Assembly: GCA_000092065.1 (NCBI GenBank)
Contig: CP000595.1
DNA from: Ostreococcus lucimarinus
Lineage: Eukaryota
DNA length: 64,000 bases
Strand: one strand, 5' to 3'
The translations under genes and the position numbers were made by a program. This document shows positions 49,880 to 61,013 of this stretch, piece by piece (the first letter of the stretch is position 1; every line of letters begins with the position of its first letter). Below the pieces are notes generated by a model, which ran no database searches, was not told the origin of the DNA, and saw only the letters and a list, made by a program, of their open reading frames with translations.

Positions 49880-52800
49880 CTATTTTGGGGATTCCCGCGA
49901 GTTCGTGGAGTGCGCGGTGAGATGGCGCTCGTCCAAGGCGATTAAACGTTCGCCGCGTCGGTGTGTTCGAGCTTTCCAGCGCTCACGTAAATCTTGCAAC
50001 TGTGAGCTCAAAGCGCCGTGTTGCTGGCGAATAGTAATCGTAGAGTCAGCCTTGATCGTTTCAAGTAAATCGTCGTCGGCGAAAGGAAGACGTTGACCAG
50101 TCATGCTTCGAAGTTGGATGCGTTCGCTTTCCTTTGCCATTTTCTCTTGATGAATGATCTCTTCGTCTCTCTTGGCGTCGAATTCGTCGACAATCGCCTC
50201 TTCAAATTCCAAGTCGCGAATAGCGCGCTTGATGAGGCCTTCTTCGCCCTCTTCGCGGAACTGGCGAACCAACGTTCGGGCAAAATCATACCATGCCCAT
50301 GCGTGCAGGATGAACAACAAGGCCGTGATGAGATCGACAAAAGTCGAGCCTTGTCCACCTTGTTCGCCTGATTGTTTGAAAATCAGTCCGCCGGTGAATG
50401 TTGCCATAGTAGCAAGTAAGCCATGTGTCTCGATCTTTGCGTACTTTTCGCCGGCATACGGTTTTGCGACGATGTGGAATACAAAGAAAAGTTGCAACAT
50501 ACAATTCACCGTGTATCCACCAATGACTGCACTTCGTCTAGATACGATCACTATGAAGATCAGGATGAATTTTCTCGCGAATATGACCCATTCCCACCAC
50601 CACGCGGACTTGACATTGATTCCCTTGAAGAGCAAACCGAGACGATATTGCACCATTGCTGAATCGTGCTCGCCGACAATGTCTTCTCCGCGAGCGAGCT
50701 GCAGCAAACCGTATGGAATACCGACGATATACAGTATAGCCCAAACGATGACCATAAACAAGTAAAGTGAGTAGGCGGTGCCCCGGCATTGGACCGAATA
50801 GTCGGATACAAAGTGTCGATCGCTGTCGCCAGACGTACCAGTGCACTGCGTGAACTCAGCCAAATATTGAACAAGGGTGGGATAGAGAAGCCACAGAGTC
50901 GCGACGAGCCATGATATTACTATGTCGTAAGCTCTGATGTTTCGCACTTCTTCAAGACCGACATCGTGCTTGTTCACTTTATTCGTGTTACCACTATCGA
51001 TGGCGTTTGTTTCTTCATCTTCAGCAGAATCATTTGCCTTTGTCTTCTTCGTGGCTTCCACTCTAGCTTGGGCCGTTGCCTCTCTCAACTCTTCGACGTA
51101 CTTGATAACCGTGAAGATGATGAACAAGAATATCATCAAGCCTAGTGGGAGCAACTCGTGAAACAGTAGATTTCCGTAAAACTTCCAGCCAATGGCGCAC
51201 TTTGCTGACGCCGACCGTATGTCAGGTAACGAAAGCTTCTCGGCGATAAGTAAGAATGCTTTCATCGAATCCGGCCATGCGAGGTCTAAATTTTTCGCCA
51301 ACGCTGTCATTTGTAAATAGGTGACAAACGATTTTATCATGCCGACGACTTGTGAACTTCGGCGTTGATTGACAACCCGAATGAGCCACACCAGCAACAA
51401 TATCCAGAGAAAGTTGACGACGACGATCGGAAAGTTGAGCACTCGATATGCTCCTGCCGAACAATCGTAACATTTTGGTGGATATGCTTCTCGAATGGCG
51501 TGGTACGCATAACCATTCGCACAAGCTGCGCACATAGCACCAGTGTACCCTGCATCAAGACATGTGCTGTTTACGCCGCCTAGGCACGCGTCAGGGTACG
51601 GACACGCGCGAAATTTCAGCGTTTGTCGGTCAAATCTACTGAAACCAGGAAGCGCTTCGACATTTTCGAGCTCATCACCGTAACATTTTGCACCTTTCGG
51701 GCATGCCATACATTTGTAATCATCGAGTGGGAGTTGTCGATAATAGCTCTCGAATGGGACACTCGTTTGAGAGATGCAGTGGCAGGAACTCTTGCTCACG
51801 TGACCAAGGGCGCCTAAAAGTTGCACTCCTGACTGTGCTTGATATGTTTGCCTCAATCTGCCGTCAACTCGCGAAGTATCCATGGAGATTGGGCACGACG
51901 TGCATGCTCCGTCACCGTGCGCCACTTTGTAGAAGCCATTCTTGCACGGCACACACATGCCATACGGGTGAAGAGCATCGAGCCATCGAGATGACCCAGA
52001 TGTAGCTGTCTTATATAGAGTTATATTCGTTTCGACATAAATGGTATCGATATCTTCAGTATATCCCGTGCCTCCACTAATGTCGGCGGTGAAGCCAGGA
52101 ATGCACTCGCACACGCCAGAGCGAAGCACGCTGTTCGGTTTGACTGTTGAGCAATTCATGACCGTCGTTGGAGTTGAAGGTACGATACTCACATTCAACG
52201 TTGAAGCCGAAAAATTCAGCTCATAGGCATTCGCGCGCTCACCGATGATTGTGATTGAATCGAATTTCGCCAAGCCGTTCACCATCGCCGCCTCTGTCCC
52301 TGAAATGCTCGCCACAGCGGGCGATACACTGACCGTAAGCGTCGTATTGATATCGACGCACACGTTTCCTACAGAATCGATCGCCGCGATGACTGGTGCA
52401 GGCGAAAGTGCGAAGTCATTTTCGTTTATGAAGGGAGGTGCCGTGACGACGGCCAACGCTGTCGGCGCGCCAGGGACTACGGTGAACTCCAACATGTCAG
52501 TCTCCAGCACAGGATAGAGCGCACCAGGACATCGACTTGAGCCACATGATGAAGCGAATCGCAAGCGATAGGTCCCAGCTAATGCATTTTGAATATGCAG
52601 ACCGACATTATAGTGTGTGTCGGGCGCAATACCACTATACCCAGCCTCCCTGCAATATGATGGTGCGGGGTTGGTGTACACCACTCTGTACGTGTAAGCA
52701 CCAGTCGTGGGATTACTGGAGACCACAGTCCTCGGGCTAGAGTCAAGTGAATCTTTGCACCATCCCACTCCACCATTTACTGCGAGAAGAGATCCATCCC

Positions 52801-55800
52801 ATTCGGCTTGCAAGGTTGGTAGCACACTTGCCCGTGGTTGATCCTCCGCTGGCACGAAAGAAAATAGCTCAACCGTGATGTTACGCGCTTCGGTGTCCCA
52901 CATCGAGCCCACATGATAACCGCCAGGATCAGTCATTTGCACGACAAAGTCACGAAGATCCAGGGTTTGCGCTGCGATATATTGTGCAGGATCCCGACAC
53001 AAACCTCGGTCGACACGTGTGAACGAGTTACCGGTGCACGTGTCAAGCGCCGCTGGGTACCCAGCGCTGTAAGTCAGTTGTGTGGAGACCGAATCGAGAC
53101 CCGCTGTAGAAAACGTCAATGAGTACGTTCCGGTGCACGGTCGATAGAATACGATATCATCAAACACCGCTGTGCCCGCAACGATAGTCTGAGGTGTGTA
53201 TGATACATTCGTCTCAAAGTTGCAAGCGCTCACGACCACGCGCTCCGCCTTTACAGAAACTTCGTAATTTAGGTTGAGCGCATTCAAGCCTGCATCGACC
53301 ACACGAATCTGAATCATACTCAATTTTACTTTTTTTGCCGTGGAATACGCAGTCTGCAACGCGATTGCTGCACCGCTGGCAGGTGACGTGAAAGTCTGAA
53401 CAATTAATCCACCATTAATATTTTGCATGAAAAAGAAAAAATAAGTAAGCCTTACCGGTGAGATGAAAAGCGCACTTGCAGTGCCAATCGTAATCGTAAA
53501 TGTACGAGTCGCGGGCGCAACGCTGAGCCCTAACGCGGTACAATTGTCGCAGTTGAAAGAAATCACATAATCCCCGATCTGTAATTAATTGTGTGTGAGG
53601 ATGAAAGTTCTAATGAAATCTGTCATCAATGGGAGCGTACCTCTGGGGCATTGATCACTGTGTCACGAAGTAGTGTACTGTCGGTTCCCGCCGCTATGAC
53701 GCCATTTCTCCCGCTCGTCGCAAACGTATGCCTACATTTTGAATAAAATTAATTAATTCCGGTTATGAATTAATTAGAATCGAAACGTACCTTTGACCCA
53801 CGATACTGGCGATAATACTGTACTCGTGAGTGTTAAGCGACCCGAAACGATTACCTGCGTCATCTGCGATCGCAATTTCGAAAGGGCCGAGGGTTGTTGA
53901 TGCCGTCGCCGGGTATGATCCTTGTGGTGAATTTGCCACGACCAGTTTAGCTGGATCTCCTAACGCCACTGTTACCGCATAAGTCGCAACGGCCTTGCCG
54001 TTGAGATAAAATACGATATCGTGCTGCTGCGCAGTCGGCGCGAGCAGCACGAGGTTCTTAAACTCAACGACGCCGGGTGTGCCGCCCTGTGTATTTAAAT
54101 AAGTTAATTAATTGTTCTCCGTGAAATAAATAATTCATCGCGTTCGAGCATAGTTGACTCACCTGAGTTGCACACGTCGTAGTGCTACCACACGATATCG
54201 CAAAAGTTTCCCCTCCTATCAAGGGATTAATTCCCTGTGGATAAGCCGCCAATTCGGCGGTTTGGCAGACAACAAATATTTGTGCCCCGGTCGGCGAAGC
54301 CGAAATAAAATTCCCTCCGCCATCGTAAAGTCGCCCAACTAGAGGACTAGAAGCGTTCGCAATCGATGTTTCTAGCTTAGATTTGAATGTTCCACTACCT
54401 TGTGTTTCGTCGAGGATCAATTGTGCCGCATTTCCCAAAGTCACGGAAAAGTAGTACTGTGCACCCAGCAGACCCGGCGAGTGGATGTCGACGGCGTACG
54501 TACCGATGTACGGCTTGGCGATGTGTAGTCCATCAAAATAGCTTCCACCAGACTCAGTGTTGGCTTCAAAAGTCGCCACTGATGTACATGATACTCCATG
54601 CAGTGTCGACGATGTACTGGCAAGCCCAGCACATTCGCATGCGTTGCCTTCACCAGTTCTTCTGCACAAGGTGACATTTTGCGGCGATAAGTGCACACGT
54701 CTGCTAGGACATGTCTCGCAAGCTTTCGTTTCAAGATCATCGACGGGATTGAAAGCTCCGTCGAGAATAGTCACCACGACTGGGTACATTGCAACGTCCG
54801 ACGCGGCGCGATATTGATGACAAGTGCAGTTGACATTAGTTTGGCACGCTCCGTCGACTGTGGCGCAGTACGGCAGTAAGCCGAGGTGATTGGATCGCCC
54901 TGCCGTGATCTCTAAATCCACGCTTGCAGACCTCAAACTCGAATCGGACGACACGAAAGTCAAATTGTACGTTCCTTTCTGCGGCTTGACGAGATGCAAA
55001 CCTGAGAACGTCGCAGTCCCAGCGCTCGAAGTGGTTTCCACAAGAGAGCCGGTCCTCGGGTACAGTGAAGTATCTGTGTATACAGTAAGTACCGACGTTC
55101 TTGCGATTGTTGTCGCATTTGCACCGAGTATGAACGGATGAATTTCGACGTTTGTGTCATTCATCATCGCCGTCAACGTAACTCCGTTCGGCAAAGTCCC
55201 CGTCGGCGACTCATTTCCCGCCCCATCCACCGGTACGACGACGAAGTCATCCAGAGGCACAGAGTGCCCGGCTGAGTATGCTGTTGCCTCGGATAGTTGG
55301 ATGCTTTCAGTGAATGATGGTGAAAATTCTAAGACTTTGGGGCTGGTGACCTTGAATCCGCTCACGGCTCCAATCAAAACGCTCACCGTGAGAACTGTAC
55401 TTTGTAGCTTTCCCACGCGCAACTCGCCACTCACTTCAGCGCCAGTCTCAATGACATTAAGGGTGTGCGTACCGACTTTCGGTGAATTTGCAATCAAACC
55501 CGTGAAAGAAACTTGACCGTTGCCATTCGTGAACATCGCAGTCGTTCCAGAAAGTTTCAAAGTTTCGCAAGTCACTTGAATGGTACGATTTGGCGCTACT
55601 GCATCCGTGGTTGAGTGACGATCCGCGGTTCCCATTGAATTGCCGAGCATATCTTGAACGTATACCGTGAACGAACCCAATCCTACAGATTGATCAGCTG
55701 TTACCGATGATAATATCGATTGACTCGAAGCTAGTTCATATCCAGCATCTCCAGCTAGCACATTCACCACTTGGAGAACGGGTGTTAAATCGCCAGACGA

Positions 55801-58800
55801 GAATGTCAATCCGAACTCCCCGACGACAGGTCCGACTACTTTGAGATCAGAAAATCGCCATACACCGCTGTCGTCTCGTTTTACTTGCAAAGTACCATCC
55901 AAAGTGATACCAGCCGATGCATGTACGGTCACAGTACGCGGCGTAATTTCCGCCGCACCGACAAAGTTATTCCCCCCGTCGTATGCGCCAATGATAATTT
56001 CACCTACGGATTGCTTGGGTGCCTCGGCGTAAACTGTTCTCTTACTATACGTCCCATTTATACGAAGGTAAGACGGTTCGCCGATCTCCATTTGCATAAT
56101 TGAATGCGCGCGATATCGAACTCCATTCAACGTCGTCGTAAACTGAACAATGTACTTTGAAGCCTCGCCAAAGTCTCCTCGTGTGGCATCGCTATACGTG
56201 ATATCGTCCGTGGATCCTACAGCTCGTGAACCAGAAGGTGGCATAGCGACAAGTCTGAGATCTGAAAATGATACTCGACCATCATTAGTCGTCTTGTTCA
56301 GCGTTCCAGTGAGCTGGGCTCCGATACTTCTCTCTCTGTAGTCTTCGTTGCTGTTGAGTGTACCCGTCACGAGTGACGCTTGTACGGTGACGTCATCAAG
56401 AGATAGCGTCTGAAGCATACTTCCACCGATGTCAACGATGTCGACTGTCAAATGTCCGATCGATACGTTTCGGGCCGCGTCGAGCACGACGACATCTGTT
56501 GGAAATAACGTAGCACTTGATATCATAGAATTCTCCGTCGCCGCGCCGGGTGTCACCTTCAAACCACCGCTCGAACCTGGTGTTACGGATAAATAGGCGT
56601 GTGCAAGTACACCAAGGTCATCACTACATGCACCATCATCATTGGTACAATCGGTTGCGGTAAAAGTGATCACGTATTCCCCAGCGGTTGGTATCGAGGA
56701 TAGCTGTGGAGTGAATGTTGCGATGCCGTCCGAAGTCTGCACTGATGACGTTGCCTCGGTGATAGCGACCTCTGACGGCCCAGAAATACTCGCCGAAATT
56801 GTGTAACCTTTCGTACCTCCTTGACCACGGTCATAGTTGATTTCAGTTCCATCGATATCCACAAGTCCAACCTTGAACGTTCCAAGTGAGAAATCTGTCG
56901 CGGCAACTCGAGCTTGATGCGAATCCGGTCCACTCAAGAGCTTAACTCCAACTGGTGGTCCATGAAGCTTCAAAATCCCTCCACTAACGTAATCAATACC
57001 GTTCAGTGCAACTGCGACCTGCGCATCTTGCGGTTGTCCGTTCGTAAGCCATGGAAGCGGACTCCCAACTGGATTGGCGCACCTTCCATTGACTACATTG
57101 CACACAGGACACTTGATTTCTGACGAACTAACGAACACCGCACTGGTCACACTCGTCGTGTTATCGTTGAACTTACATTTTAAATCGGGCGAATTCAGAA
57201 ACGGACCTCCGAGTATGCGAAGCAGTACTGGCGCGAGATCGGCATCCTCGCCTGTGAGAAGAACCTTGGCGTCATCTGAACCAATCTTTGTACTAATTAT
57301 GACGGCTGGATCGTGATAACGTAGATATATCTGACCAGAGTTCCACAGCGAGTTGGTCCAAATGCTTGTTGGATCGCTCGAATCGGTTGGTAATCCATCG
57401 AACGATATTTGGACTTCGCTATAACCTATAGTGGAGGAGTTTGAATTTGACGCCGACGGTGCCATGCATGAGAGCTCTGTCGCCGAAACATAAGTTGCTG
57501 GCGACCAAGATGTCTTCGAAAACCCATTATTAGCGTCATAAGTGTGTCCAAACCTACATGAAATCGAATGACTCATTCCACTGGCAAGGGTAGGCGAATA
57601 AAAGCCAGATCCATGAATTTTTATCGGCGTTCCAGACGTGAGCGCGCTGATGTGAGTCGGCTCGATCCCCGAAACGATCACCGTGGAGTACTTTGTGTAC
57701 GTCGTACTCGCCGCAGAACTCACCGCGAACACGCTGCGCTCGCCCGGTACGGCGCTGATGCCACCGATGGTGTGGCTTTCTTCAAATGTCCCCACACGCT
57801 TGAAACAACCGCTTATACAAGCACTAGACGTGTCCGTACCCCCTATTTCGATCTTGACGATCCGACTCTTACCGCTTTCACGCGATCCCACGGCCCAGTA
57901 CATGAAATCTTTTTCTCCTGCCGTCGCTCCGGTTTGAACGGTAGCGCTCAGAGCATCACGCTCTCCGAGCGCTGCGTCAAGAGCAATCACGGCGAGTGGA
58001 CTATCGCCTTCAGCAAAATTCAAGTCAAACATGAAGATGCATGCCGCGCGATTTTTACACCCCGGACAGTCGCCGTCTCGACCTGAAGTGCCCACGTATC
58101 CATAGCCGTTGTGCTTTGTGATCGCAGTAAACGTCGAAAAGCGTCCTTGCTTTGAATCGAGCTGCCCTTCGCACGCCTCGAGCACCTTGACGTTTGTTGA
58201 GTCCAAATACATTTCAACCCCATCGCCGTCACGAGTCCCTGAGTTTGTATTCACCTTGAACAAAGTAGGATAAAAGGTTTTGCCATCGGAGTCATCCAAG
58301 AGGGCAGATCCAGCGAAGATGACATAGTTGACACCTGTTTGAGTATGCGCCACACTCGTCTCCAACCTCATGGCGTCCGGGGCAAGCGAACATGTGGGGC
58401 ATTTAGTGCTCAGTAAACCCGGAGCTAAGAAGTTTATTCCTTTATCGTTCAAACTGCCGTCGACGTGACCAATGACGCTTCGCGACAGACCGTCTTCGTG
58501 CGTGGCCTTGTACACTATCATGCCGTTGGCTGGGTCTGTGCCCATGGCATCCAAAATGTACTGCTCTTTTGAGAAAGTCGCACTCGCCTGACCATTTGTC
58601 AATGAACTGAGAACGCAGTTCGCCCACTGCGATGAATCTGATGAGCATGTAGTACCGACATACTTGAAAAGCGAAAATCTAAACTGATTTGCCGTGGTCT
58701 GATGCCACATGTTCACTGGCACGACGACGCCCGTCAGCGCTGTCGACAAATCGGCAGCCATTTTAGCGTACACTCCGTACCAACCGCGCGACTTCTGAGG

Positions 58801-59379
58801 ATCCACATGTCCATATGCTCTCGGATGCTTCGCTGCGCACCCGCTCGAGATCCCAATACCGCAAAAATTTGGCAAAGGTGTTATCGACAATGGCACCGCG
58901 CCCGTTGTCTCTCGTCTCGGTCCGTTCGTTTGTCCCCAACCTCTCGCCGTCACTGCGTTTGAGGTAAAAGTCTCCGGATACCTCGGATCGACTTCGATCA
59001 CTCGCGTTCCATTAGCATCTTGCGCGTAGACGTAAATTACGTTCTTTCGCGTGTCTACCATGACGTCTTCGACGTACTTTTCGTCGTACGCCGTCCCGGC
59101 GGTGTCGTACTCGTACCCCGCCGTCCCATCCAAGCGCGACTCTTTCACCACCGATGGCGTGGGAACATCGCACGCAAGTCCTGCCCATCCTGCCTCGCAC
59201 GCGCACACGCCGTCTAAGCCGCATCGCCCCTGTCCAGCGCTCGCCGAGCACCCGCGCTCGCAACGATTGAACGTCAAGCCTTGACATGAGTGCGCCAACG
59301 ACGCGATGACGACGACGAGCGCGACGGTGACGAGCGCTCTGAACCCTCGGCGCGAGCTTGTACGACCGTTACCACCCAT
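49880..59379 (-). CDS. Giant (about 3080 aa) surface-receptor-like protein: signal peptide, EGF-like module, multiple IPT/TIG and Ig-like beta-sandwich repeats, Cys-rich furin/ephrin-receptor-like modules, polytopic (7-8 TM) domain, cytoplasmic coiled-coil tail. Five exons: complement(join(49880..53395,53456..53578,53641..53731,53791..54086,54163..59379))
   Basis: ORFs 54064..59634, 53763..54050 and 49880..53566 join in frame through four short AT-rich GT..AG introns (54087..54162, 53732..53790, 53579..53640, 53396..53455) with consensus donors (CAG|GTGAGT, AAG|GTACGT, GAG|GTACGC, CCG|GTAAGG). TIG-like repeats (e.g. VIVSGIEPTHISALTSGTPIKIHGSGF...SCRFG), the N-terminal EGF module (CQGLTFNRCERGCSASAGQGRCGLDGVCACEAGWAGLACD) and the C-terminal TM cluster are read directly from translation. 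Start is taken at Met 59379 (signal peptide); the ORF opens at 59634. Confidence 0.65.
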
Positions 59380-59920
59380 CGTCGCGCGGCGAGCGGCGCT
59401 TGAAGTCGCGCGTTCCCGCACGCTCACCCCGCGTCCCGCGCGATGGCCGCGGCTTCCGACTTCACGAGACGATGCGACGCGCGCTCGAGCGCGTCGTCGG
59501 CGCGAGCGGCATGGACGACGAAGCGAATGAGCGCTGAGACGAAGTTTGTGTGTTATACACGCACCGCTCGGCGTCGACGCGGTGGAGTGACGCGGCGACG
59601 CGTTGACGCGAGACTCGACCACCAACGACTCCAAGCGACGAATGGAATCGTCGCGGCCGCCTCGGCGACGCGGTCGTTGGTTCGTTTGTGAGTTTATTTT
59701 CGTTTCAACGAGTTTTTACGCTTTGAAGAGTAATAATGGACTATTATTTTAGATATTGAAAAAGGAAAGTTGCAAACCCCAAGTCATGTCGCGAATCGCC
59801 CGTCTCGGCGCCCAAAGGCGCTTTGAGACGACGAGGTCGAAGACGCTAAACGTGCGATTTTGAGACGACCGCTCGATCGCGTGCGACGAATTTGAGTGAA
59901 ACTTTGAAATAATTTGAAAT

Positions 59921-60835
59921 TCACGCCTCAAGTGACGCTTGAGAGAGGTTTCTATACATTTCCAGAGATTTAACGGGATGGTACAGCGCGTCGCGGCGAA
60001 TCGGCGCAAGTCTGGGTACCGCGTCAAAGTCAAAGGCCGGACGCCAGCGCATGTAAGCTACGTCGGGACCCAAATCACGGAACGAGAATGTGTCGGAATT
60101 CACCGTGAGGAAAGTTGGTAGGAATGCCTCGTGATGTCCGCTGCTTCTGGTAGAAGTGGAGAGGTGCGCCACCGCGGCGGCGGCAAAGTTTCGCGAGATC
60201 CGAAACGCGGGCAACAAGGCACTTTGCTTGCACCAATTCGGAAGGCCTCGACAGTACGTGCAAGATGGCCAGTGATTCCATGCCGTCTTGTTTGAGTACC
60301 GAAATGTTGTGTTGAAAGCGATGAGATCACTCGAATCTGATTCGTATTTCTCAAAAAGCGTTTGCCACGAGCCGGTGAAAACCACGTCGGGCTCGATGAT
60401 CCAGCCGAAGTCGATCCACGCTTGATCTGGCTGCGTGAGCCATCTCAAGGCTCTTGGCTTCACTGAAGCACCGTATATTCCTGAGAACAACTCGAACGAA
60501 TGACTTCCGTAACGCAATCGTTCCACCTCCCGAGAGGCTTGCACGACTGTCGCGTCGTCGGCAGTTGACGTGTTGAACCAAGGGCGAAACTTGCCTTCAT
60601 AAACCAACACTTGGGCAGAGATTCGTGCAGAGCGAGTGTTCGAGAAAACCGTGTCGCGAGCGAGGCGGTGCAGATCGTCTAGTTTCCTGTCGTTACCAAC
60701 CGTCAGAATTACGACTGTGTGTACGCTACTTTTTGTTTCTGGAAGGGGGTAGAGAAAGGCGAAGAGAAACGAACCACACACGAGCACAAGGAGCAGCCAA
60801 CGCTTAGTCAGTTCACGAGCCCGGCGCTTGCGCAT
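59921..60835 (-). CDS. Type II membrane protein, putative Golgi glycosyltransferase-like (family unassigned)
   Basis: N-terminal basic stretch plus signal anchor (KRWLLLVLVCGSFLFAFLY) and a roughly 270-aa lumenal globular domain. Intermediate GC. The family is not recognisable with confidence. Confidence 0.45.
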   Translation of the reverse strand: MRKRRARELTKRWLLLVLVCGSFLFAFLYPLPETKSSVHTVVILTVGNDRKLDDLHRLARDTVFSNTRSARISAQVLVYEGKFRPWFNTSTADDATVVQASREVERLRYGSHSFELFSGIYGASVKPRALRWLTQPDQAWIDFGWIIEPDVVFTGSWQTLFEKYESDSSDLIAFNTTFRYSNKTAWNHWPSCTYCRGLPNWCKQSALLPAFRISRNFAAAAVAHLSTSTRSSGHHEAFLPTFLTVNSDTFSFRDLGPDVAYMRWRPAFDFDAVPRLAPIRRDALYHPVKSLEMYRNLSQASLEA

Positions 60836-61013
60836 CTAAACGCACAGATTCAATAATCGACGCGGAGTTTTTTGTTTACATCAGCGTGCGCGCGCAGAGG
60901 TGCCGTTTTAGAAGTGCCGAGGCTCGAGGGCGCGTCGCGTCGCGTCGCGTCGTATCGCGTCGTGTACCGCGCATTCTACGTTTTCTATTTCACACATTCC
61001 CTTCTAAGTTATC

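Larger units (their letters stand above)
49850..60850. other. Low-GC compositional island (roughly 50-54% GC) embedded in sequence of roughly 65-67% GC
   Basis: Visible by eye: A/T-rich codons and AT-rich introns across the giant gene and the downstream glycosyltransferase-like gene. The boundaries coincide with gene ends (49844/49880 and about 60840). Confidence 0.75.

Noticed and set aside
54064-59634. Treating 54064..59634 and 49880..53566 as two separate genes with a 95-aa gene between them
   Set aside because: Consensus splice sites and phase-consistent joins link all three. The same repeat type continues across the junctions.
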